Shown: positions 26,948 through 37,374 of the stretch, piece after piece
Position numbering within the stretch: the stretch's first letter is position 1
Layout of the letters: each line of letters begins with the position of its first letter
IMG/VR virus record: IMGVR_UViG_3300027963_000039
Direction: 5' to 3' (one strand)
DNA: 64,000 nt
From: a virus
Made by a program: the position numbers and the translations under genes
The notes under the pieces: model-generated
The model's input: the letters and a program-made list of their open reading frames with translations, nothing else
What the model was told of the DNA's origin: nothing
The model's database searches: none

Positions 26948-28324
26948 ATGGCAACCGTTTTACCGAATACAGCATCTCCAGTAGAGACTAAAGGTATTTT
27001 AGGACCTCAAGATTATGCTATAAAAACACTAAATCTTTTGTTTGCCAATGGTCAAAGGATGGAATTGAAGAAACTGGTTTTTTCTTTAGATTACTACGAA
27101 GATATCTATAGCTTTGTTACATCAGGATCAATTACTTTAAATGATGCACAAGGTTTTCCTGAGTTGTTACAATTAACGGGAAACGAATTCATCGAAATTA
27201 ATTTTGGTAAATATAAAGATTCTGTTAATTCAACAGACCAAATCTTTCGTGTATACAAGATGGGTGAAAGAAACCCAGGTAAAAATTTAAATTCTCAAAG
27301 ATTCACACTTTATTTTTGTTCGGAAGAATTGTTATTGTCTGAACAAACAAAAATAAGCAAATCATATTCTGGCCAAAAAATCTCAGAAATCGTTTGGGAT
27401 GTTTTGTTGGAACAAATGCAAGTCGATGCTAAAAAAATATATAATATCGAAGAAACGACTGGTGTCTATGATTTCTTGGTACCAAGATTAAAACCTTTTG
27501 AAGCTATTAGTTGGGTGTCAACATATGCACGACCAGAAGGCACAGATTTGGTTGGTGCAGATATGTTATTTTTTGAAACAAAAGATGGATACAATTTTAG
27601 ATCCATACAGTCGATGATATCTGGTGTGCCTTATGCAACGTACAAATATCAGTTACAGAACGTAGATAATCTTGGTGGATTACAAAACAAGTTATCTAGT
27701 ATTTTGGAATATGAATTTACAAAAGTTTATGATGCACTTTCAGAAATTTCAAATGGAACTTTTGCTAATAAGTTATTAACGATAGACCCTCTGACCAGAT
27801 CGTTTAAAAGTACAAATTTTGATTATAGTGACTTTCAGAAACATGTAAAAACTTTAAACGAAGGAACGATAACAAATAATGTGACTAATAGATTGGGAAA
27901 AACAATTAGTGAAGCTTCTGATAGTGTTTTGAAATTTATGACATCAAATGCGGATCAATTGTCTGTGCCTTTTATTAAAAATAAACAAGCCGGTGTGGCC
28001 AAAGATATATATGCGGAGACTTATGTTCCTCAAAGAACAGCACAACTTGCACTAGCAAATTACAACGTGATTAAATTAACTATTCCTGGTGATCCTGGTA
28101 TTACAGCTGGCAGAACTATTCAACTTGATCTACCATCAATCAAACCATCAACCAGTACTAGACAATCTGATAAATTCTATTCAGGTAAATATTTGGTGAC
28201 AGCAGTAAGGCAAATGATTGGTGTGAATACATTTCAGACCGTTTTGGAAATTGCAAAAGATAGTTTCCCAAATAGTCCGGCTTCTGCTGATAATACGGCA
28301 TTTAAATCGAGTGTGAAAGCATAA
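26948..28324 (+). CDS. baseplate hub protein (gp27-like)
   Basis: YEDI, FFET..GYNFRS, IPGD....G, SGKYLVTAVR; between gp53 and gp5. Confidence 0.7.
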   Translation: MATVLPNTASPVETKGILGPQDYAIKTLNLLFANGQRMELKKLVFSLDYYEDIYSFVTSGSITLNDAQGFPELLQLTGNEFIEINFGKYKDSVNSTDQIFRVYKMGERNPGKNLNSQRFTLYFCSEELLLSEQTKISKSYSGQKISEIVWDVLLEQMQVDAKKIYNIEETTGVYDFLVPRLKPFEAISWVSTYARPEGTDLVGADMLFFETKDGYNFRSIQSMISGVPYATYKYQLQNVDNLGGLQNKLSSILEYEFTKVYDALSEISNGTFANKLLTIDPLTRSFKSTNFDYSDFQKHVKTLNEGTITNNVTNRLGKTISEASDSVLKFMTSNADQLSVPFIKNKQAGVAKDIYAETYVPQRTAQLALANYNVIKLTIPGDPGITAGRTIQLDLPSIKPSTSTRQSDKFYSGKYLVTAVRQMIGVNTFQTVLEIAKDSFPNSPASADNTAFKSSVKA

Positions 28325-30129
28325 TGGAAAATTTTTTAGGAAAAGACGGATTTATTTGGTGGACTGGTGTTATCGAAGATAGACAGGATCCATTAAATCT
28401 TGGTCGTTGTAAAGTTCGTATTTTTGGTTGGCACAGCGAAGATAAAATGTTGGTGCCTACCGAATCTTTACCTTGGGCTTTGCCAAAATTACCTGTAAAC
28501 AACTCTAGAACATTTACAACACCAACTGAAGGTGAATGGGTTACAGGTTATTTTTTTGATGGTTCATCGGCGCAATTTCCTGTTTATGATGGTGTTCTTC
28601 CGGGAATTGCAAGATCAGGTTCAAGTCCACAAGTTGGATTTTCTGATCCTAGAACACCAGAACAACTAATGAATAGTCCTGCACCACCAGCAAAAAATAT
28701 AATTGCACAAGATGGTTCAGGCACAACAACTGAAAGCAAACCTGCGGTTAGAAATCCTGCTGATATTGGATTTCCAAGTACAAATAAACTTTCTATCAAT
28801 GACTTGATGAATGCTGCGCCGCAGATGTTGGAAAGAGCTTTCAATGTTGTAAAAGATATCAAGGGACCAGAAGCAAAAACTTTAGGCACAGAGATTGCAG
28901 GTGCTGCTCAGGGTGCAGCTGCAGCACTTCAAGGTATTCAACCTAATCTAGAAGCACTGGTACCAAAAGCAAGTGAATTGGCTGCAAGTATTCAACCAAA
29001 TTTGGGAAGTTTAGCTGCAAAGTTTGGACCAGAATTTAAAGCTGCACTAGATGAAGCCGCACCAAAAATTCAAGCGGGAGTAACAGCTTTACCTGGACAA
29101 GTATCTGGACTAGCTTCTTCCGTTACAGAAGGAATAACTAGGGCACAATCAGAAATTAGTACTGGATTATCTGCTGGTTTAGCAGACGTACAATCTAAAA
29201 TTAACGATGGAAGTTTAAAAGCACAATTTCAAAAAGACTTGGCAGAAGCACAGAAGAACATAGCTGCTTCGGAACAATCTGTAGCCGAACAAATAGCAAA
29301 AGCACAAAACGCTGCAAGTGAAACTTTAGCCAAAGTTAACCAAGCATCTTCAAAAGATTTAACGACATTACAAGCAGAATCAAAAAATATTGCTGGCGCT
29401 ATTTCAGAAAAACTAAAAGAACTATCAGCAGCAAACATTAGTACAAAAACTCCAGTCATTTTAAGTCCAGCTACGATTGGATCAACAAACGCATCAACAA
29501 CTTCTGCAACTCCTGCCATTTTTGGTGCAGGAACTATTGCTGGCATAACATCATTTACAACATCATTTGAATCTAATTTATATAAAAATACTCCTGATGA
29601 TCAATTGACATATACAGGTTTAGACGAAATAGCTTGGGATAGAGTTAACGCAGAAAGATTGAGAAGAAAACTACCAAGTTTAACAGATATAGGTTCACCT
29701 AGACCACCAACAGATCAACCACCACCAGAACCAAAAGCAAATTTAGGTGCTGTGGCGCCAGCACCTTTGGTCGCAACTATGGCACCAAATCCAATTCCAA
29801 ATGAAGTTCCTTTGGAGAAAGTTTCTAGTACACAAAAAAAATCATTTGAAAATTCTTTAGATTTATTTGATAGGATGGTTGCAGAAGATGTTTCTAGTTT
29901 ATTAGGACAATTACCTTCTGTAACAAATCGAGATGGATTTATTGTATTTTTTGAAAAACAAAATGCGCTTACTGCAAAATGGGACGGCAAAGCCAGTGAA
30001 ATACAAAGTGCTCTCACAGGTGATGATAAACAAACAGCTTTCACTTCAACATACTCTACCACTAATAAAGCATCAAGGAATATTAAGAAAGCAGTAGATG
30101 CACGAATTCAAGTATTAAACGCACAATAG
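28324..30129 (+). CDS. gp5: central spike N-terminal part (OB fold plus long Ala-rich helical insert, no lysozyme)
   Basis: WWTGVIEDRQDPLNLGRCKVRIFGWH, LPWA, GEWVTGYFFDG. Confidence 0.85.
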   Translation: MENFLGKDGFIWWTGVIEDRQDPLNLGRCKVRIFGWHSEDKMLVPTESLPWALPKLPVNNSRTFTTPTEGEWVTGYFFDGSSAQFPVYDGVLPGIARSGSSPQVGFSDPRTPEQLMNSPAPPAKNIIAQDGSGTTTESKPAVRNPADIGFPSTNKLSINDLMNAAPQMLERAFNVVKDIKGPEAKTLGTEIAGAAQGAAAALQGIQPNLEALVPKASELAASIQPNLGSLAAKFGPEFKAALDEAAPKIQAGVTALPGQVSGLASSVTEGITRAQSEISTGLSAGLADVQSKINDGSLKAQFQKDLAEAQKNIAASEQSVAEQIAKAQNAASETLAKVNQASSKDLTTLQAESKNIAGAISEKLKELSAANISTKTPVILSPATIGSTNASTTSATPAIFGAGTIAGITSFTTSFESNLYKNTPDDQLTYTGLDEIAWDRVNAERLRRKLPSLTDIGSPRPPTDQPPPEPKANLGAVAPAPLVATMAPNPIPNEVPLEKVSSTQKKSFENSLDLFDRMVAEDVSSLLGQLPSVTNRDGFIVFFEKQNALTAKWDGKASEIQSALTGDDKQTAFTSTYSTTNKASRNIKKAVDARIQVLNAQ

Positions 30130-30138
30130 GGATAAAAA

Positions 30139-30945
30139 ATGGCAGGAGAATTAGAACTAGCACTTGAACAATCCAATAGTCAGTTGGCAGCTTTAACAGA
30201 GATTCAAGATAATAAAAAAAACTATGATCAAAAGAGTGATCAGCTTGAAGGAGTTCTTTACCCAAATAACGAATCAAATGAACCTGTAACATCATACGAT
30301 TCGAAATATCCTTATAATAACGCTACGATAACCGAATCTGGTCACACTTTCGAACTAGATGATACTCCTGGTGCTGAAAGAGTATCTTTATCACACAGAA
30401 CAGGAACATTTTTCGAAATTCATCCTAGTGGTTCTAAAGTGGAGAAGATTGTAAATGATAATATGCAAATTATTGTAAAGAACAATGAAGTGTATATTAT
30501 GGGTAATGAGAAAAAGTCAACTCAAGGCAACTTAAAAGTTTACATCAAAGGAAGTGCCAAGTTACAAGTTGGTGGTGACGTTGAACTTGAAGTTAATGGT
30601 AATATGACCATGAAAGTTGATGGAATGTTTACTGCAATGGCAGAATCCTTTAATTTTGTTGGTGATATCAATCATGTAGGCGACTTAAAATCGACGGGAA
30701 ACATATTAAACCAAGGAAATATATCATCGGCTAAGAACATTCAGGCAGAACTTGATATTGTTGGCCATCAAGATTTGATTATTGCCAGAAACTCAAGTAT
30801 TGGTGGAAACGAAACTGTTACTGGAAATGAGACAATTGTAGGTAATTTGGCTGTAGAAGGATCGACTATTGGTAACGGCATCAACTTAAATTCTCATACT
30901 CATCCTGATGCACAGGGTGGAAATACAGGACCACCAAATGCTTAA
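30139..30945 (+). CDS. gp5: central spike C-terminal part (beta-helix with HxH apex)
   Basis: YPYN..TESGHTFELDDTPGAER...HRTGTFFEI; 8-residue repeats; ends SHTHPDAQGGNTGPP. Confidence 0.85.
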   Translation: MAGELELALEQSNSQLAALTEIQDNKKNYDQKSDQLEGVLYPNNESNEPVTSYDSKYPYNNATITESGHTFELDDTPGAERVSLSHRTGTFFEIHPSGSKVEKIVNDNMQIIVKNNEVYIMGNEKKSTQGNLKVYIKGSAKLQVGGDVELEVNGNMTMKVDGMFTAMAESFNFVGDINHVGDLKSTGNILNQGNISSAKNIQAELDIVGHQDLIIARNSSIGGNETVTGNETIVGNLAVEGSTIGNGINLNSHTHPDAQGGNTGPPNA

Positions 30946-31762
30946 TTTGGAAAATTCGAATTTTTGCGTTCCGGCCCAAGAATTTTTTCCGACAGCTTCA
31001 AGACTTGAAAAAGTCAATTTAGTTTATTCAAAAGAAGAAAGTGACGAAAGAATTATTCAAGAGGTTTCTATTTTTGATGCACGAAATATTGTAGATGCAT
31101 CATTGGATACAAATGGTTTCATATTACGAAATCTTAATACAAAAATTAAAAATTTTTTAAATTTAGATGAAGTAGAAAATGTATATTATGATGAAATTTC
31201 AGAGTTAATAAAAAAAGAAACTGGTGCAAAAGATATTGTTATATTTAACCATACGCTTCGTACTGGAAATGAATTGGAACAACGTGAAGTGAAACAAAAA
31301 TTTACTCAATGTTGCATCTTAACTCCTACTAAAAGAATACATAATGACTACACAGATTGGTCTGGACCACAAGAAGTGTGTATTAGATTGCCAGAACAGT
31401 CTGAAAATTTATTAAAAAGAAAATTTTCTATAATACATACTTGGCAACCAATTAAACCCATATTTTCTGACCCTTTAGCTATTGTTGATGCTCAAAGTGT
31501 TGCAGAAGAAGATTTAATTACTAAAACTTATGTGAGTACAGACAGAACAAATCAGACCTATCAGATGAAATTTAATCAAAATCATAAATGGTATTATTAT
31601 CCGAACATGCAGCCATCCGAGATATTATTATTTAAGGGTTATGACTCAGAAAAAGATGGAAGAACAAGGTTTACACCACATGGTTCGTTTATTGATCCAA
31701 ATTATACAATCGATGTACCACCAAGAAAGAGTATTGAGGTCAGAACGTTCGCTTTTTTCTAA
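30938..31762 (+). CDS. CmcJ/NvfI/AsaB-family Fe(II) oxidoreductase
   Basis: LDTNGF, HNDYT, WQP, PLAIVDA, HKWYYYPNM, PHGSF, RKSIEVR. Confidence 0.8.
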   Translation: MLNLENSNFCVPAQEFFPTASRLEKVNLVYSKEESDERIIQEVSIFDARNIVDASLDTNGFILRNLNTKIKNFLNLDEVENVYYDEISELIKKETGAKDIVIFNHTLRTGNELEQREVKQKFTQCCILTPTKRIHNDYTDWSGPQEVCIRLPEQSENLLKRKFSIIHTWQPIKPIFSDPLAIVDAQSVAEEDLITKTYVSTDRTNQTYQMKFNQNHKWYYYPNMQPSEILLFKGYDSEKDGRTRFTPHGSFIDPNYTIDVPPRKSIEVRTFAFF

Positions 31763-31783
31763 TATAAGCTTAATAAATAAACA

Positions 31784-32176
31784 ATGGCAACTAAACTAAA
31801 TTTATATTCGGACATAGATTTCACCTTCACCAAGAAACCGGTGACGGGTGATGTTGCTTTGAGTTATAACGAATCGGCCGTAATTAGATCCATTAGAAAT
31901 CTTTTACTGACGGATCAGTTTGAAAGACCTTTTAATCCAACTTTGGGTTCTAACATCAACGCTTTATTGTTTGAACCAGACACACCATTTACAGCAAGTT
32001 CATTAGAGTCGGAAATTGAAACTACTATAAAAAATTATGAACCGAGAGCTCTTTTAAAAGAAGTAAATGTGAATCCTATGCCCGATAATAATTCTTATAG
32101 TGTGCAATTAACATTTTACATAGAAAATGCCACATTACCAACAGTTGTAACACTTCTTTTAGAGAGAAACAGATAA
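31784..32176 (+). CDS. gp25: baseplate wedge subunit
   Basis: YSDID, SIRNLLLT..ERPF.P..GS, NYEPR. Confidence 0.9.
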   Translation: MATKLNLYSDIDFTFTKKPVTGDVALSYNESAVIRSIRNLLLTDQFERPFNPTLGSNINALLFEPDTPFTASSLESEIETTIKNYEPRALLKEVNVNPMPDNNSYSVQLTFYIENATLPTVVTLLLERNR

Positions 32177-32177
32177 A

Positions 32178-34259
32178 ATGGCAGGCGCTAATTCAAATAT
32201 TCAAGTAACAGAATTGGATTTTAATAATATTAAGTCCAGTCTGAGAACATTTTTACAATCACAAGATGTACTGAAAGATTACAACTATGAAGGTTCTGCA
32301 CTTTCAAGTCTTTTGGATATCCTTGCATACAATACACAATATAATGCGTATTACCTAAACATGGTTGCTAATGAGATGTTCTTGGATTCTTCTTTACAAA
32401 GAAGTTCTGTTGTATCTCATGCAAAACTGTTAAACTATGTTCCAAAATCAGCTTTGGCGCCCACAGCACAAATTCGTTTATCGGTGAATCAAGTAACAGA
32501 TTCATCACTAACACTCCCAAAATTCACAAGATTCATTTCTGAAGCAATCGATGGAGTTAATTACACTTTTGTTACAACCGACACAAATACAGTTAATGTT
32601 GTTAACAATACGGCAACATTCGATGATCTACATATTAAACAAGGTTTACCTGCAACATTAACATTTACTGTTGATTCAATTAATAATCCAAAATATCTGT
32701 TTGAAATACCAGATCAAGGTGTGGATACAACAACACTATCCGTTACAGTACAACAATCGGGATCAAATAGTTCTTCTGAGGCATACAGTACTGCAACCAA
32801 CTTTCTAACTTTGACACCAGATTCAAAGGTATATTTCTTACAGGAAAACCTAAAAGGCAATTACGAAATTTATTTTGGTGATGACATTTTAGGTAAAAAA
32901 TTATCCGATGGCAACGTTGTTATCATCACTTATGTAATCACAAAAGGAACTGCATCAGCTGGTTCAAATAATTTTGTGTTGATGGATTCGGTTGGTGGTT
33001 ATGCAAACAACGTAATCACTCCCTTAGTTTCTGCAACTCAAGGTGGAAACAAAGAATCTATCGAATCAATCAAATTTCAGGCACCAAAATCATATTCAGC
33101 ACAAGGACGTGCGGTTTCTAAGAACGATTACATTACATTGATTCAACAAAATGAATTAGGTTATTCTTTTGATGCTGTTAACGTTTGGGGTGGAGAAGAA
33201 AATATTCCTCCTGTATATGGACAAGTATTCGTATGTCTAAAACCAACAGGTTCTTATTTGTTGACAGACACACAAAAAAGAGACATCGTTACAGAAGTCA
33301 TCAAACCTATATCAGTTTTGACCGTTTCACCAACGATTGTTGATCCGGATTACACATATATTAAAGTAAATGCCACAGTTGTTTACAACCCAACCAAGAC
33401 CAGTTATAGTTCCAGTCAGTTGAATCAAATCATTTCATCTTCTATTAGAACATTTGGAAATGATACATTAAATACATTCAATTCTACCTTTTTAGGCAGC
33501 CAATTGACTTCTACAATTCAAGTTGCTGATCCTTCAATCATAACCAGCGAACTCAAGATTCAATTACAGAAAAAATTTAATCCAGATTTGACTGTATCAA
33601 AAACCTATTCGTTGAATTTCAATACACCACTACAAAAAGGTATTTTATTAAGTGGTATCAATAGTTCTCCTGCTATTCAACAAAGAAATCCAACTACTCT
33701 AACAGAAATTATTCAGGGAATTTATATCGAAGAAGTTCCTTCAACATCTGGTGGAATTGCTTCTGTATCTATTGTTAATCCAGGTTTTAATTATACTTAT
33801 GTACCAACTATTACCATTTATGGTGATGGAACTGGCGCAACAGCAGAAGCAGTTATCAACACAAGCGGAAGAATCACCAAAATCAATGTAACCAATCCAG
33901 GAATAGGTTATACAAGTGCGGTAGTAACTGTTACTCCAAATGCATACGATACTACAGGATTGAATGGCGCAGCTGCAGCCATTTTAGAAGGACAATTTGG
34001 AACATTAAGAAGTTATTACTATAACTCGAATAATGTTAAAACAATTTTCAATGGAAATGTAGGTACTGTTGATTATGTGAACGGAATCGTTACTCTAGTC
34101 AACTTTAATCCCTACCAGATTGATAATCCATTAGGTCAATTAACAATATCTGTCGTACCTACCTCAACAATAGTTAATTCTTCATATAATAAGATTATAA
34201 CTATAGATGAATATGATTCAAATGCAGTTAATGTTAGTTTAATAGCTAAAGCTCAATGA
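32178..34259 (+). CDS. gp6: baseplate wedge subunit
   Basis: LDF..IK..L, DYNYEGS, LAYNT.YNA, NEMFLDS, ESIESIKF.AP, WGGEE. Confidence 0.9.
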   Translation: MAGANSNIQVTELDFNNIKSSLRTFLQSQDVLKDYNYEGSALSSLLDILAYNTQYNAYYLNMVANEMFLDSSLQRSSVVSHAKLLNYVPKSALAPTAQIRLSVNQVTDSSLTLPKFTRFISEAIDGVNYTFVTTDTNTVNVVNNTATFDDLHIKQGLPATLTFTVDSINNPKYLFEIPDQGVDTTTLSVTVQQSGSNSSSEAYSTATNFLTLTPDSKVYFLQENLKGNYEIYFGDDILGKKLSDGNVVIITYVITKGTASAGSNNFVLMDSVGGYANNVITPLVSATQGGNKESIESIKFQAPKSYSAQGRAVSKNDYITLIQQNELGYSFDAVNVWGGEENIPPVYGQVFVCLKPTGSYLLTDTQKRDIVTEVIKPISVLTVSPTIVDPDYTYIKVNATVVYNPTKTSYSSSQLNQIISSSIRTFGNDTLNTFNSTFLGSQLTSTIQVADPSIITSELKIQLQKKFNPDLTVSKTYSLNFNTPLQKGILLSGINSSPAIQQRNPTTLTEIIQGIYIEEVPSTSGGIASVSIVNPGFNYTYVPTITIYGDGTGATAEAVINTSGRITKINVTNPGIGYTSAVVTVTPNAYDTTGLNGAAAAILEGQFGTLRSYYYNSNNVKTIFNGNVGTVDYVNGIVTLVNFNPYQIDNPLGQLTISVVPTSTIVNSSYNKIITIDEYDSNAVNVSLIAKAQ

Positions 34260-37200
34260 TTCCAAACGATCAAAAAACCTCACTTCTAATTCCGTCACAA
34301 CTTCCTGGATTCGTTCGGGATGAACCTGACTATGCTAATTTTGTGACATTCGTTCAAGCATACTATGAATGGATGGAAGAAAATGGTAATGTGACTGATA
34401 GAAGTAAAAATATCTTAAACTATACGGATATTGATAGTACGACCGAAGAATTCATAGATTATTTTCTAAATGATTTCCTTGCTTATTTTCCACCAGATGC
34501 CTTAGTTAGTAAGCAACAAGCCGTAAAAGTTGCCAGACAATTATATCAATCAAAAGGAACGATATCTTCATATCAATTACTTTTCAGAATGTTATTCAAT
34601 TCTGATTTTGATATTTTCTACACAAAAGATGCCGTACTGAAAGCTTCATCTGGTATTTGGTATGTACCAAAAAGTTTAAAACTTTCAACAAATGATTCCA
34701 GATTTTTGAATATTAAAAATTTAAGGATCTTTGGTGAAACTTCCAAATCAATCGCTACAATTGAAAACTCCATAATTTCAAGAAATAAAATAGAAGTTTT
34801 TATTTCAAATATTGAAAGACTATTTAACTCAGGTGAATTTGTACGTATTGTTGATGGCAACAATCAAGATGTGATTGTTAATGGTTCTATAATGAGAGCC
34901 AAGATTGTAGGTCAAGTTAGTCAAATCAACGTAGCAAAAGATATTTTAGGTAACGCATTAAGAGGATCAAATTATGAAACAAATGATCCTGTGGTTGTTT
35001 ATGGTGGTTTAAATCAAGAAATTCTTAATCCAGTTGGTGCTCAAGCAAAAGTTGGACAAACAACTACTGGTTCGATTCAACGTATCAATGTTACAAATGG
35101 TGGTTTTGGTTACAGAGTAACTCCAGACACGTTGTTGTCATTTTATGGATTAAATGCTTCATCTTCAACACCTATTGCAACCGTATCGTCTGTTGATCCG
35201 ACACCGTATAACAGAGCAAATGCAACTTTTATTCCTCAAGAAACAATTAGTATAAGACAAAATATACAAATTGGAAATTCAGACTACATCTTTGCAAACG
35301 GTTATACGTTAGTGGTGAACACCAGTATGTATTCGGTCAATGCAAATACATTTCAATTGGGTGAAGGTGTTTATCAGGGACCTAGTGCAAATCCAACTTT
35401 CTCGGGTATAGTTTCTAGATGGGATTCTGCCAATGGTATTATTAAATTGACCGGCGGTTCAGGTACACCATCAAGAAATGCAAACGTCATAAGCGTTGCA
35501 ACAGGAAATGTGGGTAATGTCAGAGTATTTTCAACGGCAAATGCAAACACAACAATGGCTGAAGCGTTTTCATTTCTCTCGTTGGAAACATATCCAATAT
35601 CTTCCGTTGTTGTACAAAATGCTGGTGGCGGCATTAGAGTTTCTCCTACTATTATTGCAGACACATACTATTCAGCAGACTCTTTTGATCCAACTAAAAA
35701 GGCCAATCTAAGATCGTTAGGTATTCTAGCACCAATCCGTATCGATTCTCCAGGTGAAGGTTATCGAATAAACGACACCATCAATATTATAAACGGATCA
35801 GGATATGGAGCATATGCAAAAGTAAGTAATGTAAGTGCAACAGGAGCAATCACAGAAACAACTTATGTACAACAACAAGGTGCTGTTTATCCACTTGGTG
35901 GTTTAGGTTACGGTTTTGCTTTACCTGTTCTGTCTGTTACTTCTGCAAACAATCAGGCATCAAATGCAGTATTGTCTGTCACGGCCGTTTTAGGTTCAGG
36001 TGCAACTTTTGATCCTGTTTTGGATAGGGTTGGTACAGTAACATCGATTGTTGTTACAGATGCTGGTGAAGATTATGTTTCTAATCCATCAGTATCATTA
36101 AAAGTTATTGATACACTTGTTGATGGTGCGGATATTTTAAATCTTCCACAAAAAGGTTCAACAGTTTATCAAGGTGCAGACCTAAACACAGCATCCTTCT
36201 ATGCATATGTTGATTCAATTTCACAAATTACTTCAACGGTTGATGTGAATCCTGCATTGACAAAATATAGTTTAAGAGTGTATGAATACAATTCAATACC
36301 TGTTGCTGGTTCAACTTTAAAATTCGTTGACTCGGATATTGAATTAAATCTTTTAGATGAAACTGTACCTTCCAATTTCTTCTATACAGGAAGTCCTGCT
36401 TTCACAAATGGTGTGAAACTATATGGTGATGGAAACGCAAGAGCTGTTGCTTCGTTCTTGAATGGTTTGGTAATTGGCCAAGGTCAGTATTTAAATTCAC
36501 AAGGTCAACCAAGTTCATTCAACGTACTACAAAGTTCCATATACAACAACTACACGTATCAAATTACGGTTGAAAAAGAAATTGCAAAGTACAGAGAAGC
36601 TTTATTAAATCTTTTACATCCAACAGGTATGAGAATCATTGGTCGATACAAATTATCGTCCAATTCAGATTACAATAATGTATTACATTCAGTTGGTTTG
36701 AATCGTGGTGATACATTATATCACTACACACAGACAAACAGTTCTAATGCTGTGATGTCTACAGATTTCTCAAATACAAGTACAAACTTAGTAAAGTTTT
36801 ATAATATTGGTGCTGGTACAAATATTGCAAACTTTATATTGGCAAACAGTTCTATTTTCTTGGCACCAACAAATGGTCCAGACATAATTTCTAAAGCTCA
36901 ATCTGTAGACTATGCCAATAATCAAGTGTATCTATCAGAAAGTATATTTTTAACATATGCAAATGTTGCTCACGCAGTAGGATCCAATGGATCAAGCACT
37001 ATAAATATAACATCAGTTTATACAGATTCTTACAATATTGTTAACAATGGAGTTTATAGTAATACTGCATACCCATTAAAAGATATTATATTTGCTGGTG
37101 ATAAGATACTTGTAGCAAACAATACTGCCAAGACAGTACAGAGTATCGATTACACGACTGGAATTATTACACTAACTTCCAGTTTAACGTCAAATGTAAA

Positions 37201-37366
37201 CTCAAATGTTGCAGTAAGCAGAACGTTCTCAGCTGGAGGAAGTGCCGCAACCAGACAACAAGTTAGAATTTATGGTACTATTGGAACACAATATTATCCA
37301 CAACTTGTAACTGAAAATGGTGATTCGTTAATAACAGAAGATGAAAATTTAATTCTTTTAGACTAG
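34256..37366 (+). CDS. gp7: baseplate wedge initiator (gp7-like)
   Basis: QLPGFVR, FVQAYYEWME, YQSKGT, LLHPTG; follows gp6. Confidence 0.75.
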   Translation: MIPNDQKTSLLIPSQLPGFVRDEPDYANFVTFVQAYYEWMEENGNVTDRSKNILNYTDIDSTTEEFIDYFLNDFLAYFPPDALVSKQQAVKVARQLYQSKGTISSYQLLFRMLFNSDFDIFYTKDAVLKASSGIWYVPKSLKLSTNDSRFLNIKNLRIFGETSKSIATIENSIISRNKIEVFISNIERLFNSGEFVRIVDGNNQDVIVNGSIMRAKIVGQVSQINVAKDILGNALRGSNYETNDPVVVYGGLNQEILNPVGAQAKVGQTTTGSIQRINVTNGGFGYRVTPDTLLSFYGLNASSSTPIATVSSVDPTPYNRANATFIPQETISIRQNIQIGNSDYIFANGYTLVVNTSMYSVNANTFQLGEGVYQGPSANPTFSGIVSRWDSANGIIKLTGGSGTPSRNANVISVATGNVGNVRVFSTANANTTMAEAFSFLSLETYPISSVVVQNAGGGIRVSPTIIADTYYSADSFDPTKKANLRSLGILAPIRIDSPGEGYRINDTINIINGSGYGAYAKVSNVSATGAITETTYVQQQGAVYPLGGLGYGFALPVLSVTSANNQASNAVLSVTAVLGSGATFDPVLDRVGTVTSIVVTDAGEDYVSNPSVSLKVIDTLVDGADILNLPQKGSTVYQGADLNTASFYAYVDSISQITSTVDVNPALTKYSLRVYEYNSIPVAGSTLKFVDSDIELNLLDETVPSNFFYTGSPAFTNGVKLYGDGNARAVASFLNGLVIGQGQYLNSQGQPSSFNVLQSSIYNNYTYQITVEKEIAKYREALLNLLHPTGMRIIGRYKLSSNSDYNNVLHSVGLNRGDTLYHYTQTNSSNAVMSTDFSNTSTNLVKFYNIGAGTNIANFILANSSIFLAPTNGPDIISKAQSVDYANNQVYLSESIFLTYANVAHAVGSNGSSTINITSVYTDSYNIVNNGVYSNTAYPLKDIIFAGDKILVANNTAKTVQSIDYTTGIITLTSSLTSNVNSNVAVSRTFSAGGSAATRQQVRIYGTIGTQYYPQLVTENGDSLITEDENLILLD

Positions 37367-37374
37367 GGTAATAA

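Noticed and set aside
30127-30141. Stop-codon readthrough or recoding joining the two gp5 parts
   Set aside because: The in-frame gap contains a second stop (GGA TAA AAA); TAG, TGA and TAA all end genes normally elsewhere
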